Source: Massalongia carnosa (Eukaryota). From it: 64,000 bases of DNA. The stretch is taken from NCBI GenBank assembly GCA_965645245.1, contig OZ287085.1, forward strand, positions 620,001 through 684,000. Direction: 5' to 3'. The notes below the pieces were generated by a model. The model saw only the letters and a program-made list of their open reading frames with translations. It was not told where the DNA came from and searched no databases. Both the position numbers and the translations under genes were made by a program. Below, piece after piece: positions 1 through 12,499 of the stretch (within the stretch, counting starts at the first letter, position 1; each line of letters opens with the position of its first letter).

Positions 1-91
1 TAAAAGTTCTCATGTGATTGTATAACAATTTTTAATTATAACAAATTTTTTTACTTAAATGACACTCGATTTTTTTTATTAAAGTTTTGGT

Positions 92-691
92 TACGCCGCG
101 CAACGGGTCTGGTTTCTTATAAGAGGGACAGTAGATACTAGTCCTTATGGGTTATAATGCTCAGTATGACTGCTAATAGATTGGTAGGTGCTAAAGCTAA
201 AAGCTGATTCCCTGAAGATGGAAATCGAGCTTTCTATATACCCCTAGGGGTCCTATTTACTAACTAATTGTCTGGTTACCTGTCTGCCTTGTTGCCTTCA
301 GCTGAGGTATAGTAGATAGCCTTGCTGCCTTCTGCTGAGGTCTAGCAGATAACCTTGTTGCCTTTAGCTGAGGTCTCATAGGCGTCCCAGGCCTCCCATG
401 AGATCAAGGCTTATCTGAATAGCTTCAGTTGCTGCCTAACAAGCTGGTAAGGCTGAATGCTAATGGCTTAGTATGCTATCCGCCTTATCATGACTAAGCA
501 TCCGGATTATCAGTCACCCGGTCTTCTTTGGCGAGTCATCCCAGGAGCTAGCGCAGTCCTGTATTGCCGCGCTATTATATTTCACTACTGAATACCCAAC
601 CCGTTTGCGGCGAACCATATGATTTTGGGTGTCCGGGTTGAGTTTTAAAAGAAAAACCCAGTGGCGAAAACCCAACTCGTTGAGCGGCGTA
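92..691 (-). mobile_element. MITE (family with 8-bp TSD), interrupted by a solo LTR
   Basis: TIRs TACGCCGCGCAACGGG...CTCGTTGAGCGGCGTA; reverse-complement similarity to copies at 46325 and 48081; flanks GTTTTGGT/GTTTTTTT. Confidence 0.75.
118..579. mobile_element. Degenerate solo LTR
   Basis: Interrupts the MITE; ends TATAAG...TTATA (decayed TG..CA); near-TSD TTTCT/TTTCA. Confidence 0.55.
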
Positions 692-928
692 GTTTTTTTG
701 GTTATATAAAATATAAACAAGAATAAAGATTAATATAGAGCAGACTAGTTAACTTTTATTAGATAAGAATAAAACAAGAAAGAATTTTTTAGAAATAGAT
801 ATCTGCTTTATTTAACGTTTTCTATCAAGATAAACAGCTCGATTTAATCAATAAAAACAAATTATCTTTTTTATATATAACAATTTTTTTACTTTATTAA
901 TATTCATTAGCAATATAATATTACTGTT

Positions 929-1098
929 TGTAACGGTTCGACCAAGCGTGGTGCGGACGCCAGGACCTACAGCGAACATAGCAAGAGTCCCAGTTATAGT
1001 TGAATAGAGCTTGGTCTGCGGATAAGTATTGGACCTTTTAGTCTGGAAGGATAGGTGGCACAATGGTAGAAATCTATTCACTATCTCGCTTTGTAACA
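929..1098. mobile_element. Solo LTR (170 bp)
   Basis: TG...CA ends, perfect TSD CTGTT; inverted relative at 42665-42833. Confidence 0.85.
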
Positions 1099-1105
1099 CT
1101 GTTTA

Positions 1106-1632
1106 TGTTGAATATCCAATTCCTACCAGCACAATTTTTGAATATCCAATTCCTACCAGCACAATGAACACCTATTAGTACGATGAACATAGCACCTACG
1201 GCTGCCCTAGATGGACAGATCATCTACGGAAACCGTAGATGCCGCATTAGGCTTAGTCCCAAGATAAGATAAGATCACCTCGCTTAGAAGGGGGTGACCA
1301 GTAATAGGAAAAGATTGCTGCCTAGCAACTCTTCATCCTTAACATCACGGTCATACATACCTTTATTATTACATAGCCATATAGCCATAGTCATACACCT
1401 ATTTCAACAACAGTGAACACCTATCAGTTCAATGAACATAGCACCTACGGCTGCCCTAGATTGACAGAGAATCTACGGTAACCGTAGATGCCGTATTAGG
1501 GTTATTCCTAAGATAAGATAAGATCACCTCGCTTAGAAGGTTAACGTGTAGTAGGAAAAGATTGCTGCATAGCGACTCTCCAACCTTAACATTACGGTCA
1601 TACTCCGTACATACCTTTATTATTACATAGCA
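1106..1632. mobile_element. Copia-like LTR (1106-1409) followed by a partial tandem copy
   Basis: TGTTG...CAACA ends; internal part repeated at 1410-1632; related copy at 7242-7515 and a 3' piece at ~7152-7195. Confidence 0.7.
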
Positions 1633-2392
1633 ATGATGATGATTATAATGTATTCATACTCCGATATGTCACCGGCCGTAGGCCGGCCCATGCGGGCAAA
1701 GCTATCTAAGTTATGCTACATGGAAACCCCTTTACAGGTGTAAAAACCATATCCCTTGAAACCTGTCCGATGTGACACCAGGTCGACGTCGGAAAGGAGA
1801 CGCAGAGCAAAAATCATGTGAGAACTGTGACGCCTTATGAGATAAGAAGGAAAAGAGAAGTGAAACTACAGTTAATTGTACAATAGTGTAGATGCCAGTG
1901 AGAATTAGGTCAGTAGACCCGTTTTCATTAGCCAAGCAGTTAATATCTTTAGAGTTTTTGATATTTCGGTCAGCTGTTGATAGTTGTTCGTGCCAGCGGC
2001 GCAAAACATCTGTTCTCTATTGTCAATTAGTCTACAGAACATAATTACATGTTCTAGAGTTTTTCTGTGCTAGCCACATGGGCAGGCCGGCGAAGTGACG
2101 GCGGGGACCTGTCGCTGGTAGAGGAAGTCAGATAGACCGATCTAACCGGTGCGGATCTGTGTTGTCAGGGCGCTTTCTGCCTTTTTTAGCAGCGTGTGTA
2201 TTTTCAGTCGTTTTTTGCTCAGTGTGACTGATTGCGCTATGGAGGGTTCGGTGACGAGATTTTGATATGCGCTCCACGAGTCGTTCCAGACTTTCAGCTG
2301 TCGTGCTTTAATTGTCTGCATTTGTTTTTGACGAGCCAACGCTGCTACGGAGACTTCGCGGAGATGCACTGGGGAGGGGTCAGATCATTGTA

Positions 2393-3730
2393 CAGTCCCG
2401 TGCCAAAAGTCTGCGGCCCAACCCGTGATTTTCGTGATTTCGCGTTTTCAACTCATCAACCCCCCATCTTCCAACTCAGCATTTCACAATGCTTCGTGCT
2501 TCTTTGACCCCTATAAGTGGTAAGCGGCCTCGTAAAACTGAATTGACGCCATATCAATGTGGTATGATTGTTGGGGCCCAAGCGTTGGTGCACACACCGA
2601 CCGAGATTGGGAAGACTCTTAATTATACTAAATCGACCGTGCAGAGCACCATTCAGAAGCACTCAATTCGCAACGACGGCGTGTCTAAATCACGTTCTGG
2701 ACGGCCTGAAGTGCTGTCAGAACGCGATCGACGTTATATCATCAAGCATGCACGAATCAATCCCCGAATCACTTATACACAAATCAAACTAGAAGTAGGG
2801 CTCGGCTGCAGTCGTACGACTATTTATCGGGCACTCAAACTGTATGGTTTAACCAACTGCGTGGCTAAAAAACGACCTTTATTGACGCCTGAGGTGGCCA
2901 AGAAACGATTGGATTGGTGCTTGCTGCGGCGTGAGAGGACTTTTGAGCAGTGATCAAGAGTTATATGGTCAGATGAGTGCTCGGTGGAAAAGGGGTCAGG
3001 AAAACAGCGTCAGTGGGTGTTCAGATTGCCGAAAGAAAAATGGAATAAAGAGATGATACAACCTGTCCCCAAAGGCAAAGTTGTCAGTGTCATGGTCTGC
3101 TCAGCTTTTTGGGGAGATGACAGGTCAGATCTTTACAAATTGGCTGGTGATTTTGCTGCGAAGAAGATGGGGTACTCGGCGAACTCATATATGGAATTAT
3201 TAAACGATAATCTGCTTTGAATTTGGCAGCCGGGCCTCATTTTCATGCAGGATAACGAACCTATACATAAGGCTAAAAAGGTGATTGAATGGTTCAATGA
3301 GAACGGCATAGAAGTCATCGATTGGCCCCCCTATTCACCTGCTTTAAATCCTATCGAGCACGTTTGGTATGTGCTCAAAAAGCTCGTCTATCAAGTCAAC
3401 CCGAACATAGATTTGGTGATCGGCCGTGATGAAACTGTTCGTGAGATACTTTGGAAATCGTTAGAAGAAGCCTAGACGTTGATAGATGTGAAAATGATGA
3501 GGAGGTTAATAGAGAGCATGAATAGGAGGATATGAGCGTGTATAGCGTCGGAAGGATGGTATACTAAATATTAAAAATCAATTTTAAGGGGAATTCTTGT
3601 TTAGTATGTATGTAATCATTATGTAAAGTTTAAAGACATTTCAGCAATCGTGACGTGGTTGATTGTTGATTGAATAGAATAATTGAAATGTTGGTGGGGT
3701 GCGGGGCCGCAGACTTTTAGCCTAGTACTG
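2393..3730 (+). mobile_element. Tc1/mariner DNA transposon, full length
   Basis: TA TSD on both sides; imperfect TIRs CAGTnCnnGCnAAAAGTCTGCGGCCC; empty-site sequence visible in the LINE paralogue near 9815-9830. Confidence 0.95.
2489..3574 (+). pseudogene. Tc1-type DDE transposase with in-frame stops
   Basis: HTH, GRP, SDE, MQDN, WPPYSPALNPIE motifs in one frame; stops at ~2951, 3218, 3473, 3533. Confidence 0.92.
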
Positions 3731-4821
3731 TAGGTGTGCTTTAGGTGGTTGAAAGATTTTTGCGTCGATCAGTAGGTTTTTGGCCCAGGTGTGCTTCAGC
3801 TCTCCCGGAGTGGGTTTTTGAAGGCGTTTGCGACCTGCCTTGCCTTGAAGTTTGTTAACTAATTTGCTGCATGCGGAAGAAATGACCTTCGATTGACCTC
3901 TGGCTGGGAGTCGATCTCTGGCCTGCGCCTGTAGCGTGTCGAGGTGTACATCTATGGGTGTTATGTATGTATCTGCTTCAAGAACTGGAATAGAAGTGGC
4001 TTTAAAGGCACCGGCTATAGTGCGAAGGCAGTTGTTTTGCATAACGGAGAGCTTGCTCGTTGACGGTTTTGACTTTTTGACTTCTTTGGGCATGTGCCAT
4101 ACGGTTGACCCGTATGTCATGACCGGACGCAATAGGGCGCTGTAAACTTGCCTTGCTTTGGTAAAGGTGGCACCCCAAGTCGATGTGGAGATTTTTGTCA
4201 ATGCCATGGATTGTTTAACTATTTTCTTTTGCGTTTTGCGAACGTGCGGTCCCCTTTTCAATTTGGTGTCAATCTGCAAGCCTAAGACTCTAATGTCCGT
4301 TTTTGGCTCAATTTCGGTGCTTGCAATGTTGATAGATGCAGCTATATTGAATCTTTTGAGATTTCTAGACAAGTGAATGAGTTCGTACTTCGTCGGAGCG
4401 AATAGAGATCCGTGTCGGGAAGCCCACTTTTCGCATTGTCTGTGTATAGACTCCAGAGTCTTGCAATTCTCTTCGGTGCTTTTTCCGTATGCATAAATGT
4501 TGGCATCGTCTACAAATCCTACGGCACTTGTGTTTGTGCCTGGTCACTCACATATTTCCAATATGTCTGCATTATAGAATAGATAAAGGATGGATGAGAG
4601 AGGGGAGCCCTGTGGTATGCCAGTTCTCACCGCGAATCGTGCGGTCGCTTTTCGATTTATCGCTAGAGTTGTGCTAAGATCATTTAAAAAGCTGTTTAAC
4701 CAATCAGTAATCCATTTCGGGATTTTTCTTTTACGTAGATTATGCGTTAGTCTTTGATGTGAAACTGTATCAAACGCGCCGGCGACGTCTATGCTTAAAA
4801 GTGTGGCTACTTTATCTTTTC

Positions 4822-4931
4822 CCTGTCCCTAAATCGTGTGAACCTGTCCCCAAATCGTGTGAACCTGTCCCCAAATCGTGTGAACCTGTCCCCAAATCGT
4901 GTGAACCTGTCCCCAAATCGTGTGAACCTGT
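4822..4931. repeat. 21-bp tandem repeat x5 inside LINE RT
   Basis: CCTGTCCCCAAATCGTGTGAA repeated; encodes QVHTIWG on the minus strand. Confidence 0.95.
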
Positions 4932-7241
4932 TCGGTTAACAACTCTAGAGCTGATTCTGTAGATCTGCCCTTTCTCGCTCCCATCTGTGTTTCGGGTAGG
5001 AGCCGATGTGTTTCCGCTAAATAGGTTATTTTTGATCCTATGATAGATTCCATTACTTTGCTGAGAGTGTTGAGTAATGCAATTGGTTGGTAAGCCTTTG
5101 GAGTGGTGTAATTCCCTTTGTCTATTTTTCTTAATGCTATTGTGTTTGCCATTTTCAAGGCTCGGGGATGGTACGAAAGTGTAACGCACGCCTGAAACAG
5201 AGGTGTTCATAGTTTAACAAGTTTTTCCGCGCATGCCTTGAGTACTATATTAGATATGCCGTCAGGACCCGGTGCTTTATCGGGCTTGAGCCGATGCAGG
5301 GCCTTCGACACTTCTGACCTGGTGATGATCATTGGACAGTGCGGCGATGCTGGATAGAAGGATCCTTCTATATTGCTTAAGTCGGCCGGTGGTGGTGCGG
5401 GAAAGAAAATGCTTTTCAGCATTTCGGCTTTCTCATCAAACGTGTACTTTAAAGTCGGCATTTTGGGTACTTCTCTAGCTGAGTTACTTTTTTCTTTGGC
5501 CCATTTCGCTAGCCGCCACAGACCCTGAGGCGTTTCGGTAGCCTTACTGATCTCTTGACGAAAATTTGTCCTCTTTGCTTTTTGGATAATTTTCTGTTTC
5601 TTGTCATTAGGTTTCATGTAGTTTGACCAGTCCGCTGGATCTCGTGTTTCAGCCCATATGCGGCGTAACTTTTCGTGTGGCTTTGGTGGCAATATTGAAT
5701 TCTTCTGTCCAGAAAGGCTTAGCATATTCGCTAGGTTTAGCCCATGGAACGGCTGCATTGATGACATTTTGTAGAAATTTTTGAATCGATTCTGTGTACG
5801 TATCGATCTCGGCAGGTGTGCAGGAAGACGTCGGTAGAGGTGCGTGGCGCTCGGCTTCCCTTAATATTTCCAAATTCAGAAGTTTCCATACCCTGCGTTT
5901 ACTTTTTGGTTGCGACTCACTACCGAGTAGGATGCGGGTTGATATCGGTACGTGATCGGACGATTGATTTAATTCTGGTCTGGTCATGCAGTGTTCAAGT
6001 CTTTCAACTAGATATTCTGACATGAAAACTAGATCGATCGTGCTAAACGTATTTCTTGCTTCCCATGTTACGGTGCCTTTCGGCAATGTTGGCGAGAGAT
6101 TGAATTTATCGATGATATCTAATATTTGATCCGCTGCAGCATTTTGTGTGGGTCTTGAAGGACCGTTCCAAAATGGATGATGCAGATTGAAATCACCAAG
6201 TAGTATATGATGCATGCCTTGGGTTGGCATGCTCTGAGCGGTCGATAGAGTGTAGGGGCTGTCAGTGGACGAATAGAAGACAGAGGGAGGGATTGTATAC
6301 GTTGTGTATATTGATCACCTCCGCTACGCCTTTGGTGCATTTTTCTATTTTTAGCGTTCACATGTCGGCCGAGGGAAATTCTACTTCCCAGCTGTCAGTG
6401 TCTATTGAATCGTTGATAGAGAAGCACACTCTGGTGTCGCCTCCTGGGCAGTATATAAGGTAAAAGCCACTTTGATGTGAACTGAGCGATGTGGGGGCGG
6501 ATGGGTTGCGCCACGGCTCCTGTATTGCAATAATATCATAGTCCTAGGTGTTTGTGTCTGTTAAGAGGGGTATCATAGTACTCACTCTATTATTTCTGAT
6601 ATTATACTGCAATATCGAGAGGGATTTTGTGTCCGTCATAGGATTTCCATAGTTTCGACCAATGTGACTGGGGTGGCCTGGGTACCTGTCGTTACTACGG
6701 ATTCTGCGCGGGGTCTACCTAGCGCTGGTTTTGCTTAGGCTTTGATCATGTTTTCAGGATTCATAATGCCTATATTAGCCCAGGTTGATACTTGCTCTCC
6801 TCGGGGAAAGCCTGGGGATAAATCGGCTGAGAGCCCCGCGTTGTGCATTTTTCTTTTCATGCCGTTCACAATCTTCCATGTTGACGAAATTTCGTTCGTT
6901 TGTGTAGCTGCGAGTATCGGCGCTCCTTGAAACTGGAATGAGGGCGATTGTGACTCGATTGTGTATAGTGGAGCGCGATTTTGCATAGCAATTTCAGTTT
7001 TTCGCTTTTCAGCCTTTCAGATTTTGCATGCTATAGACCACGCCTCATGACCCTTCTCTCCGCATACGGCACATCGACGGTATTGCCCCGTGGTCTCCAA
7101 GTTGCATTCTTTACTTTGATGTCTACCGGCACAGTAGCCACAAGCGGCGGGTATTACATAGCCATATGGCCATAGCCATGTACCTATTTCATCAGTTTAT
7201 TTTTTAAAATTGTTTTCTAGTTTTTCTATTTTTCTATTTCT

Positions 7242-7515
7242 TGTTGAATATCTAACTCCTACCAGTAAAATAAACACCTATCAGTATAATAAATATAGCA
7301 TCTACGGCTGCTCTAGATGGACAGATTATCTACGGAAACCGTAGATGCCGCATTAGGCTTAGTCCCAAGATAAGATAAGATTACCTCTTTTAGAAAGGCG
7401 TGACAAGCAATAGGAAAAGATTGCTGCATAGCGACTCTTCATCCTTAGAATCACGGTTATACAAAACCATATTATTACATAGCTCTATAGCTATTGTCAT
7501 AGATCTATTTCAACA
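7242..7515. mobile_element. Copia-like solo LTR
   Basis: TGTTG...CAACA; homologous to 1106-1409; near-TSD TTTCT/TTTTT. Confidence 0.75.
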
Positions 7516-7986
7516 TTTTTTGTTTAATTATTTTAAGAATAATATAATATCTCGTAGGGCAGGCGAAACTGATTTCCAAAGCCTAAAATACAATAATGAG
7601 AAAGCTACGGGGTAAGGCAGGACGCAAAAGAACGCAGTACTTTACCCCAGGAGAGTTGAAATACGAATAGGCCTGCAAAATGTTAAATATCGAGGCACCA
7701 GTCACAAAGCCCCCATCGCCCCCGCCCTGGTCTACACCCGACCCGGTGCACCTCGAAAAATGCACCACGACACGCCATACTGTAGAGAAACACACAAAGT
7801 CCACTACAGAACGAATCAAGGAACGCTGGGACTCAAAATAGAAGACGTACCAGAACCGCATTCCCCGCCCGACAGAGGCACAGTTGGGTTCTCTCAGTAG
7901 GACGAGACTGAAGACTCACATCAACCTGATGAAAGTGGAAAGCGCGCTAATAACGCAAATCAGCACCGAAAAAATAGGCTTGGCAA

Positions 7987-8307
7987 TGTGAGTGTGACTC
8001 TGGACTATGAGTAGTGTAGTGGGTTAAGAGTAGAACAGTTTAGTACGGAGTAGTTAAATTATAAGATGATCTATCTAGGTGGGCCTAACACCATATTATA
8101 TAAATCAGTGGGAATAGTCGAGGTCGAGTTTCTTCAGTACTCTGCCAACTATGCCAACTAATGGCGGACGTTCCTCCGTGGGCTCAGACCTTCTGTCCCG
8201 TCCCATTAGTCATCGCTTGACCTGACTATAGTATAGTATGACTGTGTTCAGCACCGCTGAGTCATCAGGCTTAGTAATGATCAGCCTTATACGGCGGCGC
8301 TGTAACA
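7987..8307. mobile_element. Solo LTR
   Basis: TG...CA; near-TSD GGCAA/GGAAA; removal restores LINE frame GLAKFLFNRLVPG. Confidence 0.75.
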
Positions 8308-8435
8308 GGAAAAATTCTTGTTCAATCGTCTGGTACCGGGCGGTATGACCCCGGCCTGCTCGTGCGGATGGGAGAAGCAGACAACAAAACACATTATTCT
8401 ACATTGCAGGCTAATCGACGGCAGATACGAAGTGC

Positions 8436-8676
8436 TGTCAGGGTTTCGATACGGGGACGAAGATCCTCGCCTCGATCGGGGACAGAACGTCTAGACCATG
8501 ACAACGCGTTATCGGAGTTATCAGGATAGGAATTTCTTAGGAGTAGGACATCGGAGAGGGGTATATATTAGTCGTTTCGGTTCTTATAGATAGCTAGTTG
8601 TCAGTTTATCCATTCTATCCTCGCATGCCATAGCCCTAAAGGGCTCCCTCCCATCGCCTGTCACAATAACCTTACA
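8436..8676. mobile_element. Solo LTR
   Basis: TG...CA; perfect TSD AGTGC. Confidence 0.85.
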
Positions 8677-9074
8677 AGTGCTAAAACAAATAGGCACTAA
8701 GGACTATTAAACGATTATAAACTCGTCGAAAATGTGGAAAAAACTAACTACAGGGATAAAAAAAGCAAATTTGCTTACCCAATTCTCACTAGCAACAAAA
8801 ATGTTATACGAGTGATAACTCTTATTGTATCAAGGATTTCACAGAAAATCGAGCGAAGAATGCAGTCCAGAAACGGAACACGTTTTGGATAATAGTATAT
8901 TCTGCATAGTTTTTATCCCTTTAAAAGGTTTTCCCTGTAAGAATAAGTAGATAGCCCGCATGGGCCGGCCTTCGGCCGGTGTCTGATCGGTACAAGAATT
9001 AATTATCATCATCATAATAACTTGTTTTTTATTTTTTACATAAATTAAAGTTCAATTTACGCTTTTGAATTAAT

Positions 9075-9976
9075 TGATAATGATGATAATTTATTTATAC
9101 TCCGATATGTCACTGGCCGGAGGCCGGCCCATGTGGGCAAAGCTATCTAAGTTATGTTACATGGAAAACCTTTTTCAAGTGTAAAAACTATATCCCTTGA
9201 TACGTTTCCGATGTGACACTGGGTCGACATTGGACAGGAGACGCAGAGCGAAAATATTGTGAGAACTATGACGCCTTGTAGGATAAAAAGGAAAAGAAAA
9301 GTAAAACTACTGTTGATTATACAATAGTGTAGATGCCAGTAAGAATTTGGGTCAGTAGACATTTTTTGATTAGCCAAGCAGTTAATATCTTTAGAGTTTT
9401 TGATATTTCGGTTTGCTGTTGATGTTCGTGCCAGCGGCGCGAAATATCTTGTGAATAAGTCTACGGAACATAATTACGTGTTCTGGAGTTTGTCTGTGCC
9501 AGCCACATTGGAAGGCCGGTGAGGTGACGGTAAGGACCCGTCGCTGGTAAAGGAAGTCTGCTCGACCGATCATACCGGTGCGGATCTGTATTGTCAGGGC
9601 GCTTTCTGCCTTTTTTAGCAGCGTGTGTATTTTGAGTCGCATTTTGCTCAGTGGGATTGATTGAACTATAGAGGGTTCGGTGACGCGATTTTGATATGCG
9701 CTCCACGAGTCGTTCCAGACTTTCAGCTGTCGTGCTTTAATTGTCTGTATTTGTTTTCGACGAGCCAACGCTACTACAGAGACTTCGGGGATATGCGCTG
9801 AGGAGGGGTCGGACCATGGTAGGTGTGCTTTAGGTGGTTGAATAATTTTTGTGTCGATTAATAGGTTTTTGGCCCAGTCGTGCTTCAGCTCTCCCGGGGT
9901 GGATTTTTGAAGGCGTTTACGACCTGCCTTGCATCGGAGTTTGTTAAATATTTTGCTTTATACGGAAGAAATGACC
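9075..9976 (-). mobile_element. LINE 3' fragment (same family as 1633-7151)
   Basis: Closely similar to 1640-2390 plus 3731-3890 without the Tc1 insertion. Confidence 0.9.
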
Positions 9977-9977
9977 A

Positions 9978-10739
9978 CAGCGGGTGTCAAAAGTTTTTAC
10001 CTAATGAGGGTAGGATTTTTAAGCGAAAATCCCCCATTTGCATGAAATTTTTTTTAGATTTTCTCCCCCAATCAACCATGGCACTAACTACTCTACCACT
10101 ATAGGCAAAAAATTCCCCTGATACTGATACCACCAGAAAACCCCGCTTTATTCATGCTATTGATCATCGGCCGGAAAATGTCACCATCAAAGATGTCTGC
10201 GAGCAGGAGAGCATCAAGCTCGATCGAGGAAAATATTGGCTGAAGCGACGCCAGCGTCTTGAAGACGTCGCCTATCGACGATGTTCTCGTAGCGGTTGAC
10301 CTAAAAAAAATAAGCACTCAGTTGATAAATCAGATACTGAATCCACAAACAAATAGCGTTCGCGATCAGCCGTACACCGTACAATTGGAGCACTTTCATA
10401 TAGATGAAACGCAACGTACACTGCAAAGAGCATTCAGTACTCGCAAACCTCGTGCCGCTCGATTTAAAAAAGCGATGGTGAAAACGCTCAGTCAGAAAAA
10501 CGAGCGACTACGAGTTCTATACGGGAAAGAGCATGAAAATCATACTATTGAGAATTTCTAGCAGTACGTTCATTTCACGGATAAGACTCATTTCGACCCG
10601 GATCAAACATACCAAGAGCGAGTTCTTCGAGAAGAAGGCACAAGATACGAGTCAGAAAACATGCAAAAGATGCCGGACATGAAGGGATAAAACTGCATAT
10701 GGCCGCTTCTATTTCGTGGCATCATAAAGGGCCGCTGAC
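9978..10739 (+). mobile_element. Second Tc1/mariner-like element, 5' half only
   Basis: CAG-starting TIR-like end; decayed transposase reading VHFTDKTHF...LHMAASISWHHKGPL, cut off by the LTR at 10740. Confidence 0.6.
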
Positions 10740-11279
10740 TGTCACGGAATCGCTTCGCACCCTCCCGCTTGTCCTGATCGGATTAGTATTTAACAGGGCC
10801 CATTGCTGTGAAACCTCATCCATCGTGCTCAGGCGTTCTTCTGCCGCCCTCAGCGCACTATCAATCTCCTACAATCCGTATCCAATTTCCACATCTCCAC
10901 TATCCAGGCTTATGACTGAGAGTGCTTCAGCACAGATAAAGGCGTGATAGGTCAAAGCAATTATGTTAAGGAAATTAGTATAGGAACAGAGATGGGGCAA
11001 GTCGAGAATAGGAGAGTTGAAAGCCATGGCTATAAAGTCTATGTGGTTTCCCAGGTGTTTAGAGCTCTTCATCGGACGTCTTGTGTATTATTCTCAACTT
11101 CAGTTTTAGCATAGCTAGATATCCGTTCTGCAAGATAGAATCTTGTATCTCTTCAGCCCTCCCCTGACATTACGTCCGATCGCTATTTTTTGTGCTTTTC
11201 AAAGCACTATTCTTCCTTTCTCTTTTCATTTTTTGCCTATAGATAATCAGTCAAGTCAAACCATGATCAAGGACAACCT

Positions 11280-12497
11280 ATGCCCGAGCAGCCCATTGAA
11301 AGCACAGATGCACAGCTTGCCTACGTGCAGGCCAACCCCCTTCCATTCCTTCAAGAAATGGAGAGATTGCAAAACCAAATAGCAAAATTGGAACAGGAAG
11401 CTCAAGCACGACAAGCCTCCACCATCGTTACACCACCTTCCACGTCTTCCCCTTCTTCTTCTCTCAGTCCCGAGTTCCTTACTTCGATCATGGCCGCCGT
11501 AACAGCTGCTATGTCCAAGAACCTTTCCACAGACAAACCGGCCAAGTCAGAAAAGCTGCCGGACATTGCCGAATACGACGGTAACATGGACAATATCGAT
11601 TCATGGGAACAGAGTCTGATACAGAGGATGCATGTGAACCATGACCGCTATCCTACAGAGAACGAAAAGATAACTTATGCCGAATCCCGACTTACCATCG
11701 GAAAAAAAGCACACAACTTGATGAACAGATATAGAACGGATGGCTTGTGCGTGCTGACAAGTCTAAAAGATTGGCGAATGAAATTGCGCCAGGCATGTGG
11801 CAAGCGCTTTGAAGAAGAAGACGCACGCACCTATCTTCGTGACACCCTCAAACAGGGTACGCTAAGTTTCGAAGAATACTATAACCTCTTCACACAGAAG
11901 AAAGAACGATCGGGAAAGGATCGGGAAAGGAAGATGCCTCTCTAATCGACGCTATGCGATCAAATGTCAACTACACCACACAGGCATCCGCACTCTCATG
12001 GCGAAAAACCGATGGGTCCAAGCCCGTTACGTTTGACGATCATGTGCAGATGTGGTCCGACACCGACTGGGACCTGAGGCAGTTAAAACATCGCCATTCT
12101 CGCACCACCCCTGCTGCCAATGCCAGAAATCCTCCGACCACTAGACGAGGAAACGCACCTGCCACGACCAGCACCTCCAACATGACCACACGCATCACCC
12201 CGGCCGTCACCACACCTGCTGTCCCTGTCGCCGCTGCCGGCGGCGATCCCATGGATCTGAGTTCAGCAATGGCCGCCGTTCGAGGCCATAAGTTGACGGA
12301 TCCAGGAGTCCGTAAGATCTGTGATGACTGGATGCTTCTATTGTCGACGTCAACATCCGGGTACCATTGGTGACTGCCCGAATCGAAAGACAACCGCGGT
12401 TCGCTCCCTTGTCCTATATGAGGGATCATCAAATGCACAATCAATGCCGATATCAACGTCACAGATATCGAAGGTCCAGGAGGTGGAAAAAGCTTAG
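11280..12497 (+). pseudogene. gag: gag, frameshifted
   Basis: Retrotransposon gag core (KLPDIAEYDG...KITYAESRL), DPMDLS motif, decayed CCHC. Confidence 0.85.
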
Positions 12498-12499
12498 TC

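Larger units (their letters stand above)
1872..6639 (-). pseudogene. LINE ORF2 (APE-RT-zinc finger), frameshifted and split by Tc1
   Basis: ORF pieces 5649-6230, 5207-5767, 4829-5158, 3722-4372 and 2142-2369 are collinear; start MTDTKSLSILQYN at 6639. Confidence 0.88.
1633..7151 (-). mobile_element. Tad1-like LINE, 5'-truncated within ORF1, interrupted by Tc1
   Basis: ORF1 zinc knuckles (~7020-7145), APE endonuclease (GDFNLHHP, SDH), RT (KAPGPDG, PIALL), C-terminal CCHC, 3' hairpin and (ATC/ATT)n tail. Confidence 0.92.
7545..9020 (+). mobile_element. LINE 3' fragment with two solo-LTR insertions
   Basis: KVESALITQI...CSCGWEKQTTKHIILHC C-terminus, 3' GGCCGG hairpin, ATC tail; left boundary approximate. 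Confidence 0.8.

Noticed and set aside
4822..4931. CRISPR-like array (also considered for 23706-24020 and 51098-51263)
   Set aside because: Units are directly tandem with no unique spacers; eukaryotic context; no cas genes
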